From: a virus
Taxonomy: Duplodnaviria > Caudoviricetes
Virus record (IMG/VR): IMGVR_UViG_3300038393_000974
Coordinates: 1 to 24,752 of that record
Direction: 5' to 3' (one strand)
Length of the DNA: 24,752 bases
The translations under genes and the position numbers were made by a program. Below, piece by piece: positions 1-9,067 of the stretch. Every line of letters starts with the position of its first letter. The first letter of the stretch is position 1. The notes below the pieces were generated by a model, which saw nothing but the letters and a program-made list of their open reading frames with translations, was not told the DNA's origin and ran no database searches.

Positions 1-20
1 AGATTTGTAGAAATTCCCAC
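1..20 (-). CDS. Start of next late structural gene (runs off window; possibly the large DUF4815-type virion protein)
   Basis: AGAGGA SD, 6 nt, then GTG GGA ATT TCT ACA AAT CT (MGISTNL...) just after the gp8 stop; resembles the xxTNLNVSPY start of the protein that often follows gp8 in T4-like phages. Only 6 full codons visible. Confidence 0.4.
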
Positions 21-31
21 TTATAATCCTC

Positions 32-2038
32 TTAGAAATTTAGGAAGACTTTAAACGCTTCCGTTTGAGTCGGTTGCCGTGTGATCGGAGATAAGTTTTC
101 GATATAGAGAGGTTCACAGCTTCCATAGACTAATTCTGGTAAATATTTAGCGGTTATCGACATGATAGCTGTAGAGATATTACCCGTTATTGTATTCGAT
201 ACGTTGAACGCACCAACTTGATTCGATGTATACATCGTAAAGATACCAGAATCTAGACGATAAGAATGTAGGAATGCTTTAGAATTTCCTTGATAAACAT
301 ACTCATTCTGGTTAAATACGCCGAACGTCAGTGATCCGGTATACTTATGAAGATTTACAAACGTTGAATAATCCTTCGACACGCCACTTCGCGTAATTCC
401 ATTGATGGTAGCGTATGCTCCAGAATTAACGCCTAGAACGGTTCTACCCGGAATAAATCTTGGAGTAACATTACTCAAATGAAGTGAAGAAATAGACGTT
501 TGAGTATTAACAACAGCGTTGCTTGTACTTAAAATCAGAAAAGCTGTAGCATTAGACGCGTTGAAGAAGCAATTCTGATTAAGAACAACACAAGTAGTGT
601 TAACAACGTTGTTTACAGTCACGTACTGATACGATGAGCTATCGTCGTTTCTAAGTATAAGCGGTGAATTGTTCGGAATAGTTTCAACCAAGTTACCGGT
701 GTTTGTGGTAATTGTTGAGTTCCCGGAAACGGTTGAGATGCCGAATTTAACGGCTGAAAAGAACGGCGATATAACAGTCTCACCATTAAGAAAACTTCCG
801 GATACGTCACTTAGATCAAGTGAAACGTCCCTGAAGAGAGGATCTTTAAGAATGCCGACTCGCCTATAGAAATTAGCGGAAGGAACTGTATTTCCCTCGG
901 TGTTAGCAAAACTCATTCCTACAGCAACAGTTCTGCAGCATAATTCAAGAGCTGCATTAGAACCATGACCACCTGGAGGTGATAAGATTGATCTGACAAT
1001 GGCATTTGATGTCACGCCGACTGCTGCATTAGCCATTACTTTTGTCTGAGCTGATATGAATCCAGCGCCTGAGTCAAGAACTTCAACGCGGTAGATGATG
1101 TTTGAGGCTAGTGCGTTGACTAATGCCCGTGCAACTACATTCACAGTCTCATTTCCAGAGCCAGTCACTTGGACGCGTGGATAGATTTCATACTGTGTAC
1201 CGTTTTCAGGAATCGTATTAAAGAAGTTGTTTATCGTGATGAAGTTTCCATTTCCGGTAGTGATATAGTCAGTAATCGTTTTACTCTGACCAATCGCTGA
1301 TCCGGAAGTGATGTATAGGAGACAATCTGTATAGAATCCATTAACCGTTTTAGCGGCTGAATTTGAAATTCTATACATGAGACTATTACCATCGATATTC
1401 GTGTCTCCAGAAACAAACGTTCCTGTAATGTAGTTGTGATATCCTTTTCCAGGATCGTCGACTTTAATGACGTCGATTGATCCAGAAACTGCACTATCCC
1501 TGACTTCTGTGTTTGTGATAAGAGGAACGTACTCACTCGATGCAAATTTTAAAGCGGCTGCCGATGAGTATGAATACATATACTTCCAGCGATAACCATC
1601 AGATGTTTGATATAAGTGGGTGTTAGAACCGACGATATCAGCGAAATTAGGCTGCACCGTTGAGTTCGCGCCGTTGTTGTTATCTAAACACTTGAAAACG
1701 TGATGATAAGACGCGGTGTTCACACAGACATAGAAGTCTTCTTGATCGAGATCTTTTACGGTATCATCATACATCGCGTAGACTACATCAGCTTGATATG
1801 GGATATTGCGAATAGCTAATGATACATCGTTATTAGTGATGAGTTTTCCCGAGATCATATTTCTGAATATATCGATCTCAGTGTTATTGACAGATGTATA
1901 AACGTCGTCTATCACTGACGAATTTGCAGGAGGCGTGTGATCAGCGTTGAAAAAGTAATAATTAGACTGAGCGACGTCTTGAATAAACTTATTAGCTTGA
2001 TCACTGCGATACGCAAATGTTGTGGAAACTGTGCTCAT
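32..2038 (-). CDS. gp8: T4-like baseplate wedge subunit gp8 (enlarged, 668 aa)
   Basis: Motifs FYV..VFKCLDNNNG, TSDGYRWKYMY, SPPGGHG, VGILKDP and C-terminal LYIENLSPITRQPTQTEAFKVFLNF; position after gp7; GAGG SD. Confidence 0.92.
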   Translation of the reverse strand: MSTVSTTFAYRSDQANKFIQDVAQSNYYFFNADHTPPANSSVIDDVYTSVNNTEIDIFRNMISGKLITNNDVSLAIRNIPYQADVVYAMYDDTVKDLDQEDFYVCVNTASYHHVFKCLDNNNGANSTVQPNFADIVGSNTHLYQTSDGYRWKYMYSYSSAAALKFASSEYVPLITNTEVRDSAVSGSIDVIKVDDPGKGYHNYITGTFVSGDTNIDGNSLMYRISNSAAKTVNGFYTDCLLYITSGSAIGQSKTITDYITTGNGNFITINNFFNTIPENGTQYEIYPRVQVTGSGNETVNVVARALVNALASNIIYRVEVLDSGAGFISAQTKVMANAAVGVTSNAIVRSILSPPGGHGSNAALELCCRTVAVGMSFANTEGNTVPSANFYRRVGILKDPLFRDVSLDLSDVSGSFLNGETVISPFFSAVKFGISTVSGNSTITTNTGNLVETIPNNSPLILRNDDSSSYQYVTVNNVVNTTCVVLNQNCFFNASNATAFLILSTSNAVVNTQTSISSLHLSNVTPRFIPGRTVLGVNSGAYATINGITRSGVSKDYSTFVNLHKYTGSLTFGVFNQNEYVYQGNSKAFLHSYRLDSGIFTMYTSNQVGAFNVSNTITGNISTAIMSITAKYLPELVYGSCEPLYIENLSPITRQPTQTEAFKVFLNF

Positions 2039-2046
2039 TTAAACCT

Positions 2047-5000
2047 CTATTGACTTATTCCAATTGCCGTTGCTGTACCAACAGAATTACCAGTGAACGT
2101 ACCAGTTGCGATTAATGTGCCACTTACGTTAGAAACATTGTTGCTTTCCGCTGTAGTATTCAAGAACAACACGCTGTTAGCAGCTGCTGTTGATGTTCCT
2201 GAAGCATTACCGGATGTATCCAGACCAGTAACACCAAAAGCGTCAGCGTTTGAAGAACCAGATGCAGAACCCTCGGTCATCATATACGTGATGGTCTTAA
2301 AGCTGCTGTTAGAAATTCCAGCTACCTGTCCAACACCAATGATTATAACATTTCCATCAGTATTTGATGAGAGACCAACGATGTGTGATGAACTTACTGA
2401 TAATTCACCATCCATATCAGAGGTAGTCATCATGCTAGCAAAATTCATTGTCCCAGCAACGTGGGTGATCTGCTTTAGCATGTCTACATATTTATCGAGT
2501 GTTACAGACGATCTTACGTCATATGAAAAGTCTTGGTAGTAGTAACCATCATGAAGCTTTTTCTGATCGGATAAGAATCCACCCTTCTGCTTATAATACC
2601 CCGATCCAGTTCCAATCGTAGAGCAAACAGCTACACCAGAAGCCGAAGATGTATTATTGACGAGCGTTACGTTTTGATCTGTGTAAAAACCAAATCCGGA
2701 ATCTATGATGGAAACAGACCCAATAGATCCGTTTGAGACTGAGAGATTAGTATCAAAAACAGCATCAAAACCCGAAGGCTCGTCGCTTTCATAATCAACG
2801 GAGAAAACATTAGCGCTTATTCCCGATAAAACACCAGTCACTACTGTCGTTGAGTTTACGGTTGGAATGAAGTCATTCGTTGGATCAAAGCGAAGTCTCT
2901 TAAGATGACTGATGCTACTGTTCGAAGTCATTACTAGACCGCGAGCATTTGTAGAAAGCTGAACTACTTCCTCGCCTATCGTGAAGCCTCCGGAATCAGT
3001 CGAGAGGACATAATCTTCACGATGATAGGGATAAGAGAGCTTATCATAGATCCTAATGATAGGTGCTGCTGTATAAGAAGTACCGTGGTTAACTTTCTCG
3101 ATTGCTGAGATACGACCAAACTGTACTGTAGTAAAATTCAACAAATCATAAAGATACGTATTCCCATCAACGAACGAAGGGTCCCATTCTGCGTACCCCT
3201 CTAGTGGATCATACATAAGATTTGAGAACTTAAGCACCGGTGAAAACGAAGTCCCAAAAACTGAAGCGTCGCCGGCTACTGACAGAATCTTCCATGTCGC
3301 TGGTAGATGAGAAGAGACGTCTTGATCCGTGAAAATAGGTTCACCGTTGACTCTGATGGAGACTTTCTGACCTACAGGATCGCAGTCGATCGTGAAGATG
3401 TTGCTTAGATCGTCGGGTGGCGTAGACGGTCCTGTAGCCCATGTAACTGCGTCCCCTGCTCCCGTCAGCACCCAAGAGCCAGCATTGTATACAACGCGAA
3501 AACCATCAGATGTAGCAGTAGAAGAAGTAATCGAAACGCCGAATGCTACGTTAGAAATCTCAAACGTTTGCTTTGCAACAGCGGCGTTGGTTGTTACTGT
3601 TGTTGAATAACCATTGGAAGAAAACGTTAATTTGTCTGCTGAAAGCGATCCCGTACCCATGATATTGTTGATAGACGCTTCATCCCACGTAGTCGGAGTA
3701 GATGGTGTACCAATAGCATCGTTTCGGTAATTGTATAGTTTGCTCTGATCATATTGAACATCTTCAGTGTAGATTAACGTATTTGATATCTCGAAACCAA
3801 CGCCAAAACCAGTAGATACGCTTGTTACAATACCTCTAGTGTTTGAATCATTGGAGTAGATGTAGTTACCATCATCTGAGATAAAATCAGAAACAGTTTC
3901 ATCTACTCCTATTGAAAGAGCGATGTTAACAGTGTTTCCAATTACAGTATTGCTACCATTATATAAAATGCTTCCTAAACGGAACACGCCTTGAGTATTT
4001 GAGAGTGAGTATTGGGTGTTAGCTCCAAACGTATTGATGCGAATGACTTTTCCAGAAGCCACGAGACTTCCGACTGTATCATATTGATTTACGTCTGAAT
4101 TAAGCTGGATGTTAGTGTTTGGATATGAGACTGTAAGAGTCAGATTATCTACAACACCGATGACGTTTCCGGTGGCAGTGGTGTTTGTATATCCTGAAAC
4201 GGCTGATACGTTAGCCGAGACTGCATTTCCCACAGTGAAGAATTGATTCGATGAAACATCGCCTGAAATCAATGCTACTCTGATTTCACCTGTACTAGAA
4301 TTCGCTTCACTAGCTTTTAGAACTTTGGCGTTTCCTCTGACTGAATTATCAACGTTGTACGTAAAGATCTGATCACCGGGAACGAATGAACCATTCGCTG
4401 AAACGTAAGCGATATTCGCCGTTGGCTGTGTAACAGTTTCAAAAATATTAACGTAGCTATTGACCCATGGATTAGTGATTACGTCAATATTGACGTTTTC
4501 AACACGTAAGATGTGATCGGAGATGAGAATCTCCGTGTTTCCATCAGTTGTATACGCGTATCCGCCGTCTTCAAACGTGAAATCTGCAATACCCGATCTA
4601 TTCACGATGGAAGCAACACGTGCTTTAGCTGCGAATCCTGTGTTTGAATAAACGTCTAGAATATCACCGACTTTAAAGTTTTCACCAGTGCCATTTACGT
4701 CGATGAGAACGTCTGTTAATGATCCGAGTACGGAGACGCATGCGCTGGGATCTAATTTATCTGGTCCAGAGAAGTTTAAAATGTCACCATGGACGAATGT
4801 TCCGTTTATAGCAGATACATATAAAACGTCTGATAATTGGCCGTTGATGTTTCTACGAATGACGCGATCAACAAAAGCGGTCGCACCTGAGATTGATCCA
4901 ACGATCTGACGATTGTTTAATAGAATAGAGTTATCGGATAACGTTACTTCAATGTATCTAGGCGTAACCCAGACTCCGTCAGATAAACGGAAGACGTCTT

Positions 5001-5619
5001 CGCTCGGATAATAGATCTCGATGTTCGTTCCAAAGATGATTCGAAACAGAAGCTCTAAAGCTTGAGGTGTTCCCTTAGCGCGGTAGAGATCGAGAGTATG
5101 CTTTAAAAGAAGACGAATGTCTACGTTCGTATCAAATTGAATACCGCTTAGATATTTTTCTTTGAAATGAACGATAAAGTCTGAGATAGTCTGATCAACG
5201 TCGACGTATTCTAGAATACGTCTGGAATTATAAAGCTGGTTCCTAACTGGAGCAGTGTATGCATACGAAGCTTTTACGTTTGAGAATAGTGGATTACTCT
5301 CAACGATCAGAAGAGTATCGTTAGCGACTGAGTTAATCACAAACGTATCATATAGATCAGGTGAGCGCCAGATCGCTATGCTGTCTCCAGAGGAGAAATT
5401 GGTGATAAAATGTGTATTGATACCAGTAATGTACGTGTTCTGTGATGAAACACTCACCCAAGACGCAGCTGCGTTTGTAGTAGCTGCCGTAGTTATAGAC
5501 TCAAGCCACTTATAGTACGTCTCGACGAAAGCAATGAAAACCGGTCCCTCGTCTTCATAGAAGCTGGGAAACTGATTCTTGATAAAAGTGCTTATGTCTT
5601 TCTGGATTACATCTGCCAT
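2047..5619 (-). CDS. gp7: T4-like baseplate wedge initiator gp7 (1190 aa)
   Basis: N-terminal QFPSFY..F..FVETYYKWLE, LYRAKGT; C-terminal GFLSDQKKLHDGYYYQDFSYDVRS...HVAG; lies between gp6 and gp8. Confidence 0.88.
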   Translation of the reverse strand: MADVIQKDISTFIKNQFPSFYEDEGPVFIAFVETYYKWLESITTAATTNAAASWVSVSSQNTYITGINTHFITNFSSGDSIAIWRSPDLYDTFVINSVANDTLLIVESNPLFSNVKASYAYTAPVRNQLYNSRRILEYVDVDQTISDFIVHFKEKYLSGIQFDTNVDIRLLLKHTLDLYRAKGTPQALELLFRIIFGTNIEIYYPSEDVFRLSDGVWVTPRYIEVTLSDNSILLNNRQIVGSISGATAFVDRVIRRNINGQLSDVLYVSAINGTFVHGDILNFSGPDKLDPSACVSVLGSLTDVLIDVNGTGENFKVGDILDVYSNTGFAAKARVASIVNRSGIADFTFEDGGYAYTTDGNTEILISDHILRVENVNIDVITNPWVNSYVNIFETVTQPTANIAYVSANGSFVPGDQIFTYNVDNSVRGNAKVLKASEANSSTGEIRVALISGDVSSNQFFTVGNAVSANVSAVSGYTNTTATGNVIGVVDNLTLTVSYPNTNIQLNSDVNQYDTVGSLVASGKVIRINTFGANTQYSLSNTQGVFRLGSILYNGSNTVIGNTVNIALSIGVDETVSDFISDDGNYIYSNDSNTRGIVTSVSTGFGVGFEISNTLIYTEDVQYDQSKLYNYRNDAIGTPSTPTTWDEASINNIMGTGSLSADKLTFSSNGYSTTVTTNAAVAKQTFEISNVAFGVSITSSTATSDGFRVVYNAGSWVLTGAGDAVTWATGPSTPPDDLSNIFTIDCDPVGQKVSIRVNGEPIFTDQDVSSHLPATWKILSVAGDASVFGTSFSPVLKFSNLMYDPLEGYAEWDPSFVDGNTYLYDLLNFTTVQFGRISAIEKVNHGTSYTAAPIIRIYDKLSYPYHREDYVLSTDSGGFTIGEEVVQLSTNARGLVMTSNSSISHLKRLRFDPTNDFIPTVNSTTVVTGVLSGISANVFSVDYESDEPSGFDAVFDTNLSVSNGSIGSVSIIDSGFGFYTDQNVTLVNNTSSASGVAVCSTIGTGSGYYKQKGGFLSDQKKLHDGYYYQDFSYDVRSSVTLDKYVDMLKQITHVAGTMNFASMMTTSDMDGELSVSSSHIVGLSSNTDGNVIIIGVGQVAGISNSSFKTITYMMTEGSASGSSNADAFGVTGLDTSGNASGTSTAAANSVLFLNTTAESNNVSNVSGTLIATGTFTGNSVGTATAIGISQ

Positions 5620-5621
5620 CG

Positions 5622-6317
5622 TTAGTATTTACTAACCGCTTTCGGACGCTGTGAGACTACTTGTGCATGAACGATGTGGTGTTCACCATCAAAACTGTGG
5701 TGAGTCACACGAAACTTCGTTCCGCGATGAAAGACTACTTCATCTTCATGCTGGTGCTCATTTCGATGAGAGTCAAAGTGATGTGCTTTTGTTCCAGGAG
5801 GAGCATGGATCTGAATGATGTGCTTCTTCTGTTTGTTGCCAAATTTAGCCGCTATGTGTTTGTGAAATGAAGCTGAAGTATATCCATGATCGGTAAACGT
5901 TGTACCTGGTTTTAGACCATTGTGACGCTCCATGTGTCCTTTAGTCAAGCCTCTATAAACCGTCATATGTCCTTTAGTCTGATGGGAAGTCACGTGATCG
6001 AGTTTCTTAATCCTCCGTTTTTCACTATCTTCTAGATCATAGTGCTGAGCGTGGTTTTTCTGAGTTGCACGAAGGGAGTGATTGATTTCTTGATTCTCTT
6101 TATACCGCTTGAGTTCTTCAACGTGAGACCGCTTTAAAGACTTAGCGTGTTCCTTAAAGCCGGCTCGAACTTCACGATGAGGGTCGTTGTCTGGGAACTT
6201 TTCAGTGAGAACCTCTTCTTCCAGATTATTAGGTGATCCCTCGCAGTCGTCATCGTCCCATACAAACCGATTAGATCGATCTTTCATCTGCTCTATAAGC
6301 TGACTAAACTTCAGCAT
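5622..6317 (-). CDS. Arginine-specific-type ADP-ribosyltransferase (VIP2/Alt-Mod-like), His-rich, probable internal head protein
   Basis: R-S-E motifs in correct order: VYRG, GYTSAS, EDEVVFHRGTKFRV; upstream Y...IN..LR helix; AGGGAG SD; 27 His in 231 aa. Confidence 0.88.
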   Translation of the reverse strand: MLKFSQLIEQMKDRSNRFVWDDDDCEGSPNNLEEEVLTEKFPDNDPHREVRAGFKEHAKSLKRSHVEELKRYKENQEINHSLRATQKNHAQHYDLEDSEKRRIKKLDHVTSHQTKGHMTVYRGLTKGHMERHNGLKPGTTFTDHGYTSASFHKHIAAKFGNKQKKHIIQIHAPPGTKAHHFDSHRNEHQHEDEVVFHRGTKFRVTHHSFDGEHHIVHAQVVSQRPKAVSKY

Positions 6318-6321
6318 ACTA

Positions 6322-8133
6322 CTACTCCCTTAGAGCTTCAACGACGATGTTGACTTCGTCTGACTCAATAGTCATGATGTTTCTCTTCTGAGCTTTTACG
6401 TCTAGATCTTTGGGTCTAGCGAAGATCTTGAAATAATCTCCATCGTAGTTGTCAGGATTGAAATTGCTTATATTAAGATCACCTGTGTCGTAGTTCACGG
6501 TGCCGATCTGCTGAATGGAAGAAAATGAAGATGCGTTTCTTCGAATGATGTGAATTCCACCATTCCCATCGTCTTTAAGAAGAACAGCTTCGCCTTTAAA
6601 AGTGAAGATCGATGAACGCACCACTGAGTCAAAACCAAAAGCGGCTCCAGCTTCATCGATCTGACCAGAAGCTAAAGGAATACCAAAAGACAGTGAGAGC
6701 GTCTGAGGAACACCAGTCTGCGGTGTGATCTTTTTATACAACTGAAGTGTTGTGATATTAGAGATGATCGAAGGCTCACAGCTGTCGATAGCTTGAACCA
6801 ACTTTGAATAACGCATTGTCACTTGGAAATCGTCGAGATTTTCTTGATTATACGATGAGATAGCATCGGCTACTAGAGCTGAGATCAACTCCTTTGAGCT
6901 CGGAGATATGTTTATGTTATACCGCACCAGTGTATCAATGTGGATGTATGTGAATATCGGATCTTTAAAGATCGGAATAATGACGAGCGGATTGTGAGCT
7001 TTGATGAAGTCAGTGTATTCGGACTTCTTAGAATCCGGAAGACCATCGATGCCGTTAAGATCAACTGAGATGATGACGTTCCTGAAGAGAGGAGGGTTTT
7101 CCTCTTCACCACCGTAAACATCCACGGCGTTTATCTCCGGGAAGTTCGTCTTAAGAAGAATGGCGTAATCTTGAGCAGTAACGGCTCGCTCCTGAACTTG
7201 ATAAGCTCTGGGAGCGTAGTACCTGACTGATTCGATCGATTCAGAAACAGCACCTCCAGAACCAGGAATCAGCGTCGTGATGCTGGGATTGTTGCTTCCT
7301 CCAGTGAGTTCGGTAGACGAGCCGGTCGGATCGAAGTTTATCGAGAATATCGATGCTCCGTTTGAAATATCGGCGTTTGAGATTCGATAATCGAGAATAA
7401 TGATCGAGTTCTGCTTAGGAGCTCGACCGAGAACACCGTCTCCAAACAAGATCTCATAGTTTCCGTCTTCAGCTGCTTGCAGGAAGTACACTTTAGACTT
7501 ATCATCGATTCCCAGAAGAGACTTAGTGAACTTATACGTATCAGCTACCGTTGAACCATCTTCATACACAGCGACTGTCAGAGAGGAAGTATCGACATTT
7601 GGATTAGTGATCTTAAATCGAGGAAAAGGATTGATCTCATCCGATACGTAGACGTACGAATCCTTTACGTAGATTCCCTCATAGATGTCAGTTTCAAATG
7701 AGAATGAGTTGTTGGCTGAAGCGACTGTAAGCGTTTCGGGTATCGAGAAGACGAACGACTGATTCTTAATCAGTGTGTTGAATGAGTGTCCCTTCTGGAT
7801 GATGTATGGTTGATTTACACCGGATGCATTGAAATCGACGCGGACTCGCGCCATAGTTGATCGCCTCGATCGAGGGCAGTAGTTGAGCGGCTTAGCCTGA
7901 GAAAACACCGATGACTTAAGCTGAGCAGAATCTAAGAACGCTTCGGAGATGGCCATGTTCGTCCACCACGCACCCTTCTCAGTATTCTTAGTGAGAATGT
8001 CGATGAGGACGTTCATATCAGATCCGACGAAGTCGTAGTCTTTAAACTGAGGCTGAGACCGCGCGAAGTTGATGAGCGAGTTCTTTAACGCATGGAAATC
8101 TAATTCCGTAAACGTACTGGATGTATTAGCCAT
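6322..8133 (-). CDS. gp6: T4-like baseplate wedge subunit gp6
   Basis: ELDF..LK..L, FKDYDFVGS, EAFLDSAQLKSSV, YEILFGDGVLG, QERAVTAQDY, GTVNYDTG. Confidence 0.95.
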   Translation of the reverse strand: MANTSSTFTELDFHALKNSLINFARSQPQFKDYDFVGSDMNVLIDILTKNTEKGAWWTNMAISEAFLDSAQLKSSVFSQAKPLNYCPRSRRSTMARVRVDFNASGVNQPYIIQKGHSFNTLIKNQSFVFSIPETLTVASANNSFSFETDIYEGIYVKDSYVYVSDEINPFPRFKITNPNVDTSSLTVAVYEDGSTVADTYKFTKSLLGIDDKSKVYFLQAAEDGNYEILFGDGVLGRAPKQNSIIILDYRISNADISNGASIFSINFDPTGSSTELTGGSNNPSITTLIPGSGGAVSESIESVRYYAPRAYQVQERAVTAQDYAILLKTNFPEINAVDVYGGEEENPPLFRNVIISVDLNGIDGLPDSKKSEYTDFIKAHNPLVIIPIFKDPIFTYIHIDTLVRYNINISPSSKELISALVADAISSYNQENLDDFQVTMRYSKLVQAIDSCEPSIISNITTLQLYKKITPQTGVPQTLSLSFGIPLASGQIDEAGAAFGFDSVVRSSIFTFKGEAVLLKDDGNGGIHIIRRNASSFSSIQQIGTVNYDTGDLNISNFNPDNYDGDYFKIFARPKDLDVKAQKRNIMTIESDEVNIVVEALRE

Positions 8134-8135
8134 TC

Positions 8136-8558
8136 TTATCTCGCTCTCTTCAGGATAACTTCAAATGATATTTGTTCAGGGATGTTCACCATCGAAAATG
8201 TGATGGCGGCTCTAACTTCGTTTACGTTGTTGGGATTACTCTGAACCGTGACGATCACGTTCTGTGCTCGAGGTTCATCGGCACGGATGGAATCCTCTAG
8301 AGTAGACTTCATCTCATTCAGAGCTACGGGATCATTGAACTCAAAAACTGACCCGGCTAGCTTAGTTCCCACCAGTGGTTGATTGAACCTCTCGCGGCGC
8401 ATCGTCATGCAGATGTTCTTGATGGAGTTCTTGACTGAGTCTTCGTTCGTCAGTCGAGCAAGCAGTCCCGTTAACGGATTTTTATCGAGATTCGGTGTAA
8501 AGTCCGAATAAATGATCGGCTTCTTTCTCTCGATGGTAAATTTGTCTGCGCGGGCCAG
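8136..8558 (-). CDS. gp25: T4-like baseplate wedge subunit gp25 (140 aa from a CTG start)
   Basis: Frame is open 50 codons above the listed ATG: (M)ARADKFTIERKKPIIYSDFTPNLDKNPLTGLLARLTNEDSVKNSIKNICMT..ERF.P..G..EPR, typical of gp25; GGGAGG lies 5 nt before CTG at 8558. Confidence 0.9.
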   Translation of the reverse strand: MARADKFTIERKKPIIYSDFTPNLDKNPLTGLLARLTNEDSVKNSIKNICMTMRRERFNQPLVGTKLAGSVFEFNDPVALNEMKSTLEDSIRADEPRAQNVIVTVQSNPNNVNEVRAAITFSMVNIPEQISFEVILKRAR

Positions 8559-8566
8559 AGAAGCCT

Positions 8567-8604
8567 CCCTAAATACTGCATTTTCTATTATTTAGGGCTA
8601 TTTA
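8567..8604 (-). promoter_or_regulatory. Late promoter(s) TAAATA within a 9-bp hairpin covering part of the gp25 SD
   Basis: Minus-strand TAAATA at 8604-8599 and 8594-8589 (cf. T4 late TATAAATA); inverted repeat CCCTAAATA 8567-8575 / TATTTAGGG 8589-8597. Confidence 0.7.
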
Positions 8605-8629
8605 CCGATGCCTGTGTTTATGGTATACT
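8601..8629 (+). promoter_or_regulatory. sigma70-type early promoter
   Basis: TTTACC-17 nt-TATACT with TG extension, followed by CGAA as in other promoters here. Confidence 0.65.
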
Positions 8630-8661
8630 CGAAATCTAAGTACCTTCAGGAGGACTTCGTG

Positions 8662-9066
8662 ATGACCCAGGAACTATCGATCCTCGTTCGTGAAGCTCTG
8701 AAAAATTCTCGTGAAAACGGATATGAACCGTTCGATATGTCGCTTGAAGCTCTGACGACTGATCTAATGCTGTGTGACGCCGACATTGAGAAGTTTGATC
8801 AAAGTGAAGTTCTAGCCGAACTCTTAGCGCAGTCTCTCGAGAAGTTCATGAACGACTCTATCAAACAAGCCACGGGTCAAGAGCTTCTTGATTTTGCTGC
8901 GCGCGTTCGATCAGAGGGCATATTAGCTATGGTCGACATCATCACGGTAGATCGTGAAATTCCCGGTTACGAGAAGCAGTCTAAAGAACGGATCGCTTCA
9001 CTCAAGGAGATCGTCGCTGATTCCCTTGAGTTCATCGGTAAGTACAAAGTATCCAGAAACGCGTAG
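8662..9066 (+). CDS. Hypothetical protein, antisense within the late module
   Basis: AGGAGG SD at 8648-8653 before GTG 8659/ATG 8662; the ORF-track start (8608) lies inside the promoter. Confidence 0.75.
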   Translation: MTQELSILVREALKNSRENGYEPFDMSLEALTTDLMLCDADIEKFDQSEVLAELLAQSLEKFMNDSIKQATGQELLDFAARVRSEGILAMVDIITVDREIPGYEKQSKERIASLKEIVADSLEFIGKYKVSRNA

Positions 9067-9067
9067 T

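Noticed and set aside
2093-5515. Plus-strand ORFs opposite gp7
   Set aside because: Antisense shadows without SD or recognisable motifs.
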